This document shows positions 55,291 through 64,000 of a stretch of 64,000 nucleotides of DNA, piece by piece. The notes under the pieces are model-generated. The model was not told the DNA's origin and searched no databases. It was given only the letters and a program-made list of their open reading frames with translations. Source of the stretch: Patescibacteria group bacterium (GTDB lineage Bacteria; Patescibacteriota; Patescibacteriia; UBA10025; JAHIVO01). Every line of letters starts with the position of its first letter. Within the stretch, counting starts at the first letter, position 1. The stretch is taken from NCBI GenBank assembly GCA_041650915.1, contig JBAZKE010000004.1:36179-100178 (forward strand), written 5' to 3'. The position numbers and the translations under genes are program-made.

Positions 55291-55292
55291 AC

Positions 55293-55763
55293 TCATGACT
55301 GCCCTACTCTTCCTTCATTGTATTTCGCGCAACTAATGTCCAGGCCCAGTCGGCGGGCCAAGGCCTTGGCGTTGCGGTCGGTAATATCCTCATCGGTTTC
55401 AACATACCGAATGTGCTCAATCTCATGCAGCACTACGTAATTGAGCAGGCACGGCTTGGCGTTTCGCAGCAGCGTAGCGTTGAGCAGCACTACACCTTCG
55501 TACGTTAACGCCCAGCCTAAATACGTCGCGAGCTGTGTTTTGGATGCCCACGGAAATGAGTGTGTCCGCATGATGTTAACCAAATCTTCACTCTCTAGGC
55601 AGAGAATCGAGATCTTTTCTTTGCGACACAGCTCCTTGATCTTTGCGTTTACTCTGATGCCATGCGTCGGATACGTTACTCCGCCTTCAACTTGCGGGCT
55701 CTGTCGGTGGAATTTGCGGCCCAAATATGTGCCGACGGGATGAAATAGATTGGCATCAATCAT
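55293..55763 (-). CDS. ImmA/IrrE-family zinc metallopeptidase-like protein
   Basis: HEIEH (HExxH) in VVLHEIEHIRY context. Confidence 0.5.
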   Translation of the reverse strand: MIDANLFHPVGTYLGRKFHRQSPQVEGGVTYPTHGIRVNAKIKELCRKEKISILCLESEDLVNIMRTHSFPWASKTQLATYLGWALTYEGVVLLNATLLRNAKPCLLNYVVLHEIEHIRYVETDEDITDRNAKALARRLGLDISCAKYNEGRVGQS

Positions 55764-56635
55764 AGAGAGGTTTTACCTGCGTCGTGCGCTTCGACCAGCG
55801 CAACTGTGTTGCCGAATTCAATCCAGGCACACCTTTTACAGTAATCCGCCAGGGCCGGGTACGCCTCGCTGATCGCTTTGTAGATCCTGACATTCAGGAT
55901 TTTGTAAAAATCCAGCATGTTTTTCGTCGTGAGTCGACCGTGATTTTTATCTTGTTTGAATCGCACCAACGAATACTGGATATATTCTAGCTGAATGTCT
56001 CGTTCGGCATCCCGTGTTAACTGATTTACGTGAATTTGTCGTTTATTCCAGGCGTTGCGATAACGAAGTGCTGCTGTCGTCAATTCCTCCATCGGCATGC
56101 TCGGAACCGTAATGGGGCGTGACCAGATCTCCTCCATAATGATGGCTTCACGGGCTTCTCTGGCTTCGCGCTTTTGCTTGCGGCGTGCGTTGCGCTCTTG
56201 TTCTCGGATGAGGCGCGCGGCCTCGAGTTCAGCTTCGCGGATGCGCGCTAGACGCTTTTGCTCAGGTTCGCGATCAATTTTTCCCTGCCGGATAGCCTGA
56301 GACCTGTGCAGTGTTTTCTCGACGGCAGCCCGGACTTCTGGCAGATTCTCTAGTGCCTCGACGTGCGAGACATAATAGAGCAGCATCGGTGCCGCACATT
56401 TGTAATGCGGATTGTCCGCCTCGACATGGGCATCGCCGAGCCAGCGCTCGATGAGCTTTGGATTCCAACCTCTGGATTTTAACCCAGAAAGCGAAACCAT
56501 GGCTAATTTCATGCGGCGGGCTGCGTCGTGTTTGGGCATGACGCTACTTTTCAGTTCGCTTTCCCCAGAAAATATCGGGCAGGTAAAGGTCGTGCCTAAC
56601 ACCTTCCGGGAAGTGTGTGCCGAAAGAAATCGCAA
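55760..56635 (-). CDS. hypothetical protein
   Basis: 291-aa ORF. Confidence 0.45.
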   Translation of the reverse strand: MRFLSAHTSRKVLGTTFTCPIFSGESELKSSVMPKHDAARRMKLAMVSLSGLKSRGWNPKLIERWLGDAHVEADNPHYKCAAPMLLYYVSHVEALENLPEVRAAVEKTLHRSQAIRQGKIDREPEQKRLARIREAELEAARLIREQERNARRKQKREAREAREAIIMEEIWSRPITVPSMPMEELTTAALRYRNAWNKRQIHVNQLTRDAERDIQLEYIQYSLVRFKQDKNHGRLTTKNMLDFYKILNVRIYKAISEAYPALADYCKRCAWIEFGNTVALVEAHDAGKTSL

Positions 56636-57083
56636 TCATGCTTAGATCTAGTTTGACGTTTTGCATATAACCAATGGGGTCCTCGTAATTTTGTAGCACT
56701 CGTAGATCTAGGTGTTTGATAATTGGATTATGCGTTTCAGGGTATAGCGTTAGAATGGCGCGGAATGCGTGCGGAAACGTTTCGACTTTAATATGCCCGA
56801 CTTTAATCTGCATGTGAAACCAATATTTATCGACTGTGCGCCTGTACTGTTCCACTTCTCTGCTTAGTGTTTTAAACACCATTGGTGTGATGTGGTGTTC
56901 TGATGACGCGGGTGTACAACAACGTTTGCCATCACATTCCAGCCATACTTTATAGTCGAATTTAGTGTTGAGCGTTTGAAGATGCGCCCTAGTTTCGTTC
57001 TCGGAATGAAACCCCCAATCCAGTTTTGCAATACCAGAAAACACCTTTGGCATTGCTACTCTAGTCGATAGTATTGTTTCCAT
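56544..57083 (-). CDS. hypothetical protein, DLYLPDIFWGK family (paralog of 57085..57606)
   Basis: start trimmed to METILSTRVAMPKVFSG to align with the paralog N-terminus. Confidence 0.4.
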   Translation of the reverse strand: METILSTRVAMPKVFSGIAKLDWGFHSENETRAHLQTLNTKFDYKVWLECDGKRCCTPASSEHHITPMVFKTLSREVEQYRRTVDKYWFHMQIKVGHIKVETFPHAFRAILTLYPETHNPIIKHLDLRVLQNYEDPIGYMQNVKLDLSMIAISFGTHFPEGVRHDLYLPDIFWGKRTEK

Positions 57084-57084
57084 G

Positions 57085-57606
57085 CTATTCCTTCCCCCAG
57101 AAAATGTCCGGCAGGTATAGATCATACCGCCGCGGAGGTTCTCTGTGCGTTCCAAGTGATATCGCGACCATAGAGCTGTCCAGCGCTACGTTGGCGATCA
57201 TGTCTTTCGCGTCCGGGAACTTGCGCAAGACATCGAGGTTCAAGATCTTGATGTTGGCGTGCGGCGTTCCTGGGTACAACGTGAGCACCAGTTTGAAATC
57301 GGGCAGCGTTTTGAATGTAGTGTGCCCAATATCAATCTGCATTGACATCCAGTAATTGTCGATGCGGTAGCGATCTGCTTCAACAGCCGTCTTTAGCTGC
57401 ATAAAAATCGGCCTTGGGATTGGCTGCACTCCAGCATCAATGAAACACCGCTTATTCTGGCATTCGAGCCAGACTTTGTACTTTTCTGAAGCTTGCAGCG
57501 CTTGCAAGTGCATTCTGGTTTCGACTTCAGAGTAAAATCCCCAGTTCAGTTTTGCCACACCAGACAAGATTTTTGGCATGGCCAAACGTTGTGTTGTATT
57601 TTTCAT
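57085..57606 (-). CDS. hypothetical protein, DLYLPDIFWGK family
   Basis: 173 aa; about 45% identity to the downstream paralog. Confidence 0.45.
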   Translation of the reverse strand: MKNTTQRLAMPKILSGVAKLNWGFYSEVETRMHLQALQASEKYKVWLECQNKRCFIDAGVQPIPRPIFMQLKTAVEADRYRIDNYWMSMQIDIGHTTFKTLPDFKLVLTLYPGTPHANIKILNLDVLRKFPDAKDMIANVALDSSMVAISLGTHREPPRRYDLYLPDIFWGKE

Positions 57607-57624
57607 GGTCGCTTTACCGTTTCG

Positions 57625-58587
57625 CTACATCTTCGAGACGTCGATCCCGAAATCCCGGCAGAGCTTGTTCACGGCCTCGACGAGTTCTCCACCTTGGCCG
57701 GTGGACTTCGCGGAAACAATAACCCGATTGTGCCGCGTTTTGATGATCTGCACCGTGTCGCCATCACGTTGCACCGAGACTCGCGTCAGCACATTGCGCG
57801 GTGCTGGGCGGCTGCGGATGACGAGAGGTGTAGGCTCGGCCTCGGGTACCTCGGCCCACTCGGTAGGCCCAGACTCCGGGAAAGACGTGAGTTTGACGTC
57901 AGACACGGGCGCTGGGGAACGCCTATAGTTGGGCGCGCCAGCGCTTGGCGTCGCGTCTGTGCGTGGAACAGACTCTCTAATGAACTTCTCCTGAATTGCA
58001 GGAAAGTTGTCCAGCGCCAGCTCCTGTTGGGTCTTGATCTTCGCCGGGAAATACTTCTCGTAAATCTCGGGTCGCTCCCGCTTGCATCGGCGCACGAGTT
58101 TATAGATCTTGGTCTCGCTCCAAGGACCTCGGGATTCACGAAACAACTTGGCTGCTGCGTTGGATGAGCCGTTGAGCTGTTTCGCAGCTGCGGCGTAGGT
58201 GCCGGCCTGCTGGTGCGTCGTGAACACAAGGTCAAGAAGGTCGACGAAGAATTTATCTTTCGACGAAAGCCGGCCCATGAGTTTCATGCGTTTCGCCTGG
58301 GCGCGCTGAGCAACTGCTCCGGTTCCTCTGGGAACGCGCGGGCGAAGTACAAGGTGGTTGCGATAACCATCTGGGGTGTACCAGCAGGAGAGTAGCCGGG
58401 CGGACGTCGGTGTCCAAGTTTTATTTTCGTAGAGCCTGACGTCAGGCAGACTATTGAGTTCGTCTGCAACGAGGTCCCATCGCGAGAAAACGCGATGAAA
58501 CATGTCGATGCCATATCCCTCACGGAGAGTTTTGTAAACTGATTCCAGGAGATGGCGGTTATGTTCAACCGATAGTTTGTTCGACAT
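57625..58587 (-). CDS. hypothetical protein
   Basis: 320-aa ORF. Confidence 0.45.
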   Translation of the reverse strand: MSNKLSVEHNRHLLESVYKTLREGYGIDMFHRVFSRWDLVADELNSLPDVRLYENKTWTPTSARLLSCWYTPDGYRNHLVLRPRVPRGTGAVAQRAQAKRMKLMGRLSSKDKFFVDLLDLVFTTHQQAGTYAAAAKQLNGSSNAAAKLFRESRGPWSETKIYKLVRRCKRERPEIYEKYFPAKIKTQQELALDNFPAIQEKFIRESVPRTDATPSAGAPNYRRSPAPVSDVKLTSFPESGPTEWAEVPEAEPTPLVIRSRPAPRNVLTRVSVQRDGDTVQIIKTRHNRVIVSAKSTGQGGELVEAVNKLCRDFGIDVSKM

Positions 58588-58588
58588 T

Positions 58589-60310
58589 TTACTTCTCCTT
58601 TTTTGCTAGTGTGGCATCCCGGAACTTCCGGAACATTTTCGTGAGGAACCGAGTTCCACGGGCTTGCTCTTGAACCCGGATTCTCTTGATTTTATCCATC
58701 ACTTTGCGATTCAGTTCCCCAGTTTCGTCGTCAAACGGCTCCAAACCGGTGTCGACCTCCTCGATGTGCTTGAGCACCTGCATTTCATCATCCCGACAGT
58801 AGCTGTACGGCGCGATTTTATGGTCAACCGCGTCGATGTACATGGACCTGAGTCCCTCACGAACGTCGTAGTGCAGGAACGAAACGCCAGCGCCGTTGAG
58901 TGCTGTTTGCCACTCTGCCGCCATGGGCGTATCGACCGAAACGCGCCACTCGTACCCTCGGTCCTGGAGGTCCCGTGTCTCCTGGAGCCACCAAGAATAG
59001 TCAATCGGAGCCTTTTTCTTACCGCGCCCCTTGGCCTTATACGCCAGGAGTGTCGTGGGCAGGTGGTATGCCGCGGCCTTCTCCAGAATCGTTCGGAAGT
59101 CCTCCTGGGTTACCGTGCCCATGACGATGTGGATCGACACCGCGGGGCAGTCGGGATTGTACTGAACTCCACCGTCCTCGGGATCGATTCGGAATGCCAG
59201 GGCGCCACTACCACGGTCACCCTGCTTCACGACAGTATTCTGGTGCTGAATTTCTTTAACAAAAGCATCGACGTCTTCGGGTGTTCGGACCGTATAGGCA
59301 AAGCCACCGCAGTTTCTCCGGACAGAAGCCAAGATCTCAGGGTCATCGAGCCACTTCAGTGTGCCCGTGGAGAAGTTCGGGATGATGTCGTGGTCTCGCA
59401 TGATCCGGATGATGTACTGGAACTTCGGGTGTTCTGTGGGCTCCCCGCCACCGATTGCAACCTCCAACACGCCGCAGTCATGCATCTGGTGAATGAGGCG
59501 CTGTAGCTCCTGGTAATCCGCGTGCCGCCCCTTGGCTGTGGATTTCTGGTAGCACCAGGCACAACCGCGGGTACAATAATTTGTGATCTTGAGATCCACC
59601 AACTCGGGAAATCCCGATGCAGCTGTACCTCGGTACAGCGCCGCGTTCGGATATCGATATTTCTCGTCGCTCAGGGCTTCGTCCTGGAACTGCTGAAACG
59701 ACAGCCGAGTTTTCTCGCCGGTGTACTGGTTGAACAGGAGCCACTGGTCGAACTCTTCGTCGTGCCGAGCGACTAGACACCTGGGCTTTTTGTCGTAATC
59801 CCCGCCGTCATAGTCAACGGTCCTGTCACTGGGCAGACAAAGGTTCACGCTGGGGCCTGCTGAAGCCTGGGGGTGTGGGCCATCACTGTTATCGTTTCCG
59901 CCCAGCACCACGACGTCTTGCGTGAGCATCATGTCGAGATAGGCTTTGTAGAACTCGACGTCGAGAGTGTCCTTGCCGTAAGCCCGGGGGAAGTTCAGGA
60001 CACTCTGGTGATCGATATCCTGGGCGTCCTGAGGAATAACATCGCTGGTGAAATACGCGACGATGGCGTTGAGGTAGTCCTCGGGAACGCGGCCGAGCAT
60101 TAGGGCAAGGTTTGACCGGAATTGCAGGGCGAAGTACAGGCGTTTGGCCTGGGTCGACGCCGCAATCCAGTTGCCCCAGCCGAAATCGCTGGACGCGGGG
60201 CCGCCATCCCAAACATCTTGGTTTTGGAGATTTTTGCCTGGGGCAAATACAACAGAATGGGAAGAAGAGGAATTCGTCGCGAACCCGAGCCGATGTTTGA
60301 GAACACGCAT
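58589..60310 (-). CDS. radical SAM protein with roughly 230-aa N-terminal domain of unknown function
   Basis: LKITNYCTRGCAWCYQ (CxxxCxxC) and AIGGGEPT glycine-rich SAM motif. Confidence 0.6.
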   Translation of the reverse strand: MRVLKHRLGFATNSSSSHSVVFAPGKNLQNQDVWDGGPASSDFGWGNWIAASTQAKRLYFALQFRSNLALMLGRVPEDYLNAIVAYFTSDVIPQDAQDIDHQSVLNFPRAYGKDTLDVEFYKAYLDMMLTQDVVVLGGNDNSDGPHPQASAGPSVNLCLPSDRTVDYDGGDYDKKPRCLVARHDEEFDQWLLFNQYTGEKTRLSFQQFQDEALSDEKYRYPNAALYRGTAASGFPELVDLKITNYCTRGCAWCYQKSTAKGRHADYQELQRLIHQMHDCGVLEVAIGGGEPTEHPKFQYIIRIMRDHDIIPNFSTGTLKWLDDPEILASVRRNCGGFAYTVRTPEDVDAFVKEIQHQNTVVKQGDRGSGALAFRIDPEDGGVQYNPDCPAVSIHIVMGTVTQEDFRTILEKAAAYHLPTTLLAYKAKGRGKKKAPIDYSWWLQETRDLQDRGYEWRVSVDTPMAAEWQTALNGAGVSFLHYDVREGLRSMYIDAVDHKIAPYSYCRDDEMQVLKHIEEVDTGLEPFDDETGELNRKVMDKIKRIRVQEQARGTRFLTKMFRKFRDATLAKKEK

Positions 60311-60322
60311 TTTTGCTCCTGT

Positions 60323-60601
60323 TTAGTGCTCGATTTCGCGCTGCGCTTTGAGAAACGGTGCGGCAGCAATCTGCACTGCCAAAATTGCTTCCAGGGTACT
60401 TCCGGTCGACGACGTCAGCCCCCTGATGGCCGTGAGCAACGTTTCCAATTCTGGTGTCGCTTCCAGGGCTTCAGCTGGCGCTAGCTCAAACCGGGTCGCG
60501 CCGCGTATAATTTCAAATATCTTGGGCGCCAGAAGATTGTTCAGTTGGCTCTCGAATAGAGCAAACAGAACTATGTTTTTGCTTCGCTGTGTCTGTGCCA
60601 T
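60323..60601 (-). CDS. hypothetical protein
   Basis: 92-aa ORF. Confidence 0.35.
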   Translation of the reverse strand: MAQTQRSKNIVLFALFESQLNNLLAPKIFEIIRGATRFELAPAEALEATPELETLLTAIRGLTSSTGSTLEAILAVQIAAAPFLKAQREIEH

Positions 60602-60659
60602 GGTGACATTGTAGCAGACGACGCGGAGGTGTCAAGCAGAAATGCAACGGAATAGCCGG

Positions 60660-61010
60660 TTAGGCGCTGTTTTCTTCTGGCCTGGTGTAACCTTGGCTTC
60701 CCAAGATGTTGGGAGTCGTGGGCCATGTGACGAGCCAGCCGCACGACTGGCAATAGCAGTAATCAAGCTCCACTCGTTCCGACACCGACATCTCTGTCCA
60801 TTCGTACGGCGACCAAAATTCACCGTCGGGACTTCGGTAGTGTGCCATACGATTGCACTTGCTCGGTCCGGATTTCCCCGGGCACGGTAACGGCACCAGT
60901 TTTTGCTTGTAAATCCACTGAACGTCAGTGCCGCGCAACACATCAGGTGAGCAGCACTGCTGACAGCCAATCGGCTGAATCTCGACGGTGGGCGCGTAGA
61001 ATTTTCTCAT
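60660..61010 (-). CDS. hypothetical Cys-rich protein
   Basis: 116-aa ORF. Confidence 0.4.
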   Translation of the reverse strand: MRKFYAPTVEIQPIGCQQCCSPDVLRGTDVQWIYKQKLVPLPCPGKSGPSKCNRMAHYRSPDGEFWSPYEWTEMSVSERVELDYCYCQSCGWLVTWPTTPNILGSQGYTRPEENSA

Positions 61011-61195
61011 ACTGGTCTATCGTCTTCCACCCATTCACCCGTTGCCTCGTCCCAATGAACGCGTTGTGCGTGCTCGTAAGAATCGCCCCAATCATCCAGT
61101 GGCAGCGACGCCAGCCACGAGTTAAACCCTTCACGCGCAATTTTCGCAATTTCTGCTGTCTCGTCAGCAGACAGCGCGTTGGGTTGCTTAGCCAT
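61007..61195 (-). CDS. small hypothetical protein
   Basis: 62-aa ORF with stop/start overlap. Confidence 0.3.
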   Translation of the reverse strand: MAKQPNALSADETAEIAKIAREGFNSWLASLPLDDWGDSYEHAQRVHWDEATGEWVEDDRPV

Positions 61196-61197
61196 AT

Positions 61198-61578
61198 TTA
61201 CAGCAGACCTTCCATGGCTTTGACCGCCTGCTCGAAGGTGCAGCGCAGCATCACACTCGCCACCTCGGTGTCGAATCGATCACCCAGCAGTCTCCACAGT
61301 ACCGCAGCCCTGGCGGCCAGGTCGATCTGCGTGTGGGGAACTTCCACGGGATACTCCTGGACGATTTCCTCCAATTGCTCATCGGTCATGAGCCCCAGTT
61401 CATGGCTGTACTGGTAGGCCAAGAAGTCCCGGGCATCCAGCAGCGCGATGAATGCTTCTTTAATGACCACTAGGTCGAAAGGGGCATCTGGTCTTGGGGC
61501 GCACAAAATTTCACTTGGATTCATCGTGGGCTCCCTCCAGTGAGGCCAGCCGGACCTCGATCGTTGCCGCTTGTTCAT
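61198..61578 (-). CDS. hypothetical protein
   Basis: 126-aa ORF. Confidence 0.4.
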   Translation of the reverse strand: MNKRQRSRSGWPHWREPTMNPSEILCAPRPDAPFDLVVIKEAFIALLDARDFLAYQYSHELGLMTDEQLEEIVQEYPVEVPHTQIDLAARAAVLWRLLGDRFDTEVASVMLRCTFEQAVKAMEGLL

Positions 61579-61931
61579 GGCTGCTTTTCCTGATATTTAC
61601 ACCACAGGTCGTCGGCACGTTGGTCGTACTCGCCGAGTGCAGCCAGTGCTTCTGGATCAGTTGGGTCGATGTTACCAGAAATGCCGACTTTGATCAGGGA
61701 CCAGGGTGCTCTGATCATGAGGGTGCTGTCAAACAGCTTGGAAGCGATTCTCGCCATATCGGCATATGGTAGGCGGACCACGCCGGCTAAAAAAGCCGCC
61801 AATTGCTCCTCCGGCATGTCACTCATGGCAGCAACTTCGGCTACGGTTAGGCCTACGTAGGCGATATGCTCCAGCAGATCGATACGTAATTGCGTTTGCG
61901 CATACCTATGGTCGATTACGTAGTATTTCAC
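61575..61931 (-). CDS. hypothetical protein
   Basis: 118-aa ORF. Confidence 0.4.
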   Translation of the reverse strand: MKYYVIDHRYAQTQLRIDLLEHIAYVGLTVAEVAAMSDMPEEQLAAFLAGVVRLPYADMARIASKLFDSTLMIRAPWSLIKVGISGNIDPTDPEALAALGEYDQRADDLWCKYQEKQP

Positions 61932-61949
61932 GATTTACTCCTTGCAGGT

Positions 61950-62753
61950 CTATTTGGTTTGTGTTGGATCGCAACAAGGCGCGCAACCCGCATCCTGGGC
62001 TGCATCAGACTTTTCGGCAAAATAGTGACCTTTTCCGGTCTTCAGATACGTCTGCACCCATTCCTCCAGCAGAACGCCATTCACCACAATAGTGCCGATG
62101 CGGTCGCAGCCATCGCCATCGAAGAAGAAATCACCGTAATCCTTGATAGAAATTTCCCTGCTGCTCCCAGCATGCCCCATTTTGCGGAAGGTGTCAAGCA
62201 GTCCCGCCAAGGTTTTGACTGCTGTGGGCGAGCACGTCACCATGATGGTGTGGACTGGACTGCCCAGCGGAGTTATTTTCTGTGTTGAAAAAACGGCAGA
62301 CTTCATAGTCGGAAAAGCAAAGCGGTCTTTACGACGAAACATATCTTTCAGTTCTTCGGGGGATATGAGCATCTTGCGCTGGTCTATTTGCTTTTCGTTG
62401 CTGTACAGCGATTTTACCAGTACCCAGGCGGAACCGAAATGCGAGACGAAAACGTTCCCAGCGATATCACAAGTGATTGCCCAATCACTGAGCCGGCTGT
62501 CTGGATAATCCCAGCGCCAGCCATATTTACGATCAATGGGTTTGTCTACGCTGCTGACTAAATCTTGAACTTGTTCCATGTAGGCATGGACTGTTCGTGG
62601 AAATAGAATGAACGGGGAAATGCCCCAGTATTCCCACCAAATGTCAAGATGTTCCGGCAATAGAGTACGGTTTTCCGCCGACCCAAGCCAAACCATGTCA
62701 GTAGGCTCGGTGCCAAGATAGAAATCAACGTGCGTGCTTATTTTGCTCTTCAT
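61950..62753 (-). CDS. hypothetical protein
   Basis: 267-aa ORF. Confidence 0.45.
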   Translation of the reverse strand: MKSKISTHVDFYLGTEPTDMVWLGSAENRTLLPEHLDIWWEYWGISPFILFPRTVHAYMEQVQDLVSSVDKPIDRKYGWRWDYPDSRLSDWAITCDIAGNVFVSHFGSAWVLVKSLYSNEKQIDQRKMLISPEELKDMFRRKDRFAFPTMKSAVFSTQKITPLGSPVHTIMVTCSPTAVKTLAGLLDTFRKMGHAGSSREISIKDYGDFFFDGDGCDRIGTIVVNGVLLEEWVQTYLKTGKGHYFAEKSDAAQDAGCAPCCDPTQTK

Positions 62754-62767
62754 GGTCGTATCTCCTT

Positions 62768-63250
62768 TTATAGCCCAGTTGCTCCGTAGGGCGGCAGGTG
62801 ATAATGCTTGGTGTAACTCGGACCAAGTTCTAGGTGCAGATTTGGCCCCGCGATGCCATACACGATGCCGTACACGACGGCGTCGAACTCGGCGCCGACC
62901 GCTACCACGGCCCGATAACGTGTGCCAGACTCGTCGAGCAACAACCGGATCTTGCTGCCCACCATTACACCCTCGTCAATGTCGGCCTCTAAGCAGCACC
63001 TATGGGTAACGACAACGCTCGGCAGATTCACCGGCACCTCCCCAGAACCACCCGAACGCTTTTCTCTACCGTACCAGCGTTCGCGCTCTTTTACCGCCGC
63101 GTCGAATGCCTGCAGACAACCGACGAGGTACTGGGCCAGGATGAAGTCCGGCGTGTCGGAGCCGTTCTCGGCGGAACAGCGGTTGATCGCATCGGAAATG
63201 GATTTTCTAAGATCGGTCATGGGGCGCTCCTCTTCGGGCAGTCGGGACAC
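62768..63250 (-). CDS. hypothetical protein
   Basis: 160-aa ORF. Confidence 0.4.
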   Translation of the reverse strand: MSRLPEEERPMTDLRKSISDAINRCSAENGSDTPDFILAQYLVGCLQAFDAAVKERERWYGREKRSGGSGEVPVNLPSVVVTHRCCLEADIDEGVMVGSKIRLLLDESGTRYRAVVAVGAEFDAVVYGIVYGIAGPNLHLELGPSYTKHYHLPPYGATGL

Positions 63251-63459
63251 GCTTTTATGGCGTCGTTTAGGTCATCAAATAACGCGCAGTCCATGGCTTG
63301 GATATCTTCGCTGGTGGCGCTACGTAGTACAATGCCTTCGTGTTTCAAAGCCCATACTGGTAATACGATGGTACAGAAGCCGGGCTTGGCCGCTGAAATT
63401 GGGTAATCTTTACTGTTGGTCCAGTGGCGGCACTGACCACAAGTTTTGATAGTTGGCAT
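63217..63459 (-). CDS. small Cys-rich protein (start at MPTIKTCGQCRHW with aaagga SD)
   Basis: trimmed from track ORF 63217..63582 to avoid a 121-nt overlap. Confidence 0.35.
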   Translation of the reverse strand: MPTIKTCGQCRHWTNSKDYPISAAKPGFCTIVLPVWALKHEGIVLRSATSEDIQAMDCALFDDLNDAIKACPDCPKRSAP

Positions 63460-63461
63460 TG

Positions 63462-63827
63462 TTATTCCTTTTTCTTTGCCCAAGCTGGGTGGATACCTTT
63501 TACACCCGTCAAGGTCAGGATCGTGAAGACATCGTCTTCTTCGCGACGAATCATTACCTGCACCTGCTCGGGACTGTACCACTGTACTTTGGTGCAGAGG
63601 TACTCCATGAAATCAGTTTCTCTAAAATAGTTGAAGGCTCCGAGATACAGATTGACCTCCAACATTTTGGATCCGCCGTACCAATGGGGCGGAAGTTTCG
63701 GGTCGTCCACAGCGACGAGGCCCCGAACGTCGCGTTCAGGATCGAAAAAAGCGTTGACCTCACGGATGCGCTCGTCTTCGTCCTCGCTGCAACAGAACGC
63801 CAGTAGCAAATTGGTCACGTTACTCAT
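63462..63827 (-). CDS. hypothetical protein
   Basis: 121-aa ORF. Confidence 0.35.
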   Translation of the reverse strand: MSNVTNLLLAFCCSEDEDERIREVNAFFDPERDVRGLVAVDDPKLPPHWYGGSKMLEVNLYLGAFNYFRETDFMEYLCTKVQWYSPEQVQVMIRREEDDVFTILTLTGVKGIHPAWAKKKE

Positions 63828-64000
63828 GGGGTGCCTCTAAAACCAAACTCACCTTTCCGCCTGCTTCCACCACAATGTTAACTTCTCTCGCCTGCCTGAT
63901 CGCTGATTCAACCTCCTCAGCGGAAGCTTGAAAGCGGTGGCGGAGGCTCTGTACCAGTTCGCCGCGATCAACAGAAAATTCAGTTCGACCAATCGCGCCG
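63824..64000 (-). CDS. hypothetical protein, 5'-partial at the window edge
   Basis: minus-strand ORF ending ...GEFGFRGTP* with ATGA overlap to the next gene. Confidence 0.3.

Noticed and set aside
1-64000. Integrase, attachment site or tRNA marking a prophage boundary
   Set aside because: I found no tyrosine or serine recombinase motifs or tRNA-like sequence in this window. Element boundaries must lie outside it.

Overview
This 64 kb window is gene-dense and mostly minus-strand, about 57% GC, and looks like a large phage, prophage or mobile-element accessory region. It carries many short hypothetical ORFs, an endolysin with a PG-binding domain, small lipoproteins and membrane proteins, an Hsp20, a dCMP-deaminase-like gene, and a NADAR gene. 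I found no housekeeping genes, integrase or tRNA. The window has four notable modules. (1) A compact type I-C CRISPR-Cas locus sits on the minus strand: cas3-cas5-cas8c-cas7 at 55006..48810. It is followed by a decayed 3-unit array of canonical 32-nt I-C repeats and then a 29-repeat array at 46159..48240. The main array uses derived 36/37-nt hairpin repeats in four blocks of repeat subtypes. The locus has no cas1, cas2 or cas4. (2) Two diverged copies (4000..5640 and 15736..17376, about 88% nt identity, both + strand) encode a 546-aa TnpB/Cas12-family protein. It keeps the RuvC-I and RuvC-II motifs but lacks the zinc finger and the RuvC-III aspartate. Each copy has its own conserved sigma70 promoter (TTGACA-N17-TACACT) and a conserved 3' end. 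Sequence diverges immediately downstream of that 3' end, which makes them candidates for nuclease-dead RNA-guided DNA binders. An ordinary IS605-family tnpB (30472..31596) is also present. All three TnpB-family genes are AT-rich relative to the backbone. (3) There are orphan CRISPR-repeat-like elements: one hairpin-retaining solitary repeat plus a degenerate repeat at 38005..38093, and a degenerate repeat-like element in the cas3 upstream control region. That control region also holds palindromic divergent promoters and a promoter/SD/two-codon mini-ORF. (4) A 28-nt promoter module (TTGACAAC[T/C]GCTGGCCATCTGGTACAA) recurs at least six times, and several copies sit only 5-7 nt from the start codon. 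The window also contains two radical-SAM enzymes (one KamA-like), a Lar-like zinc-ribbon fusion protein, a DEDDh exonuclease, a 659-aa tandem-repeat protein, and several paralog families. All calls rest on reading motifs by eye; I ran no database searches.
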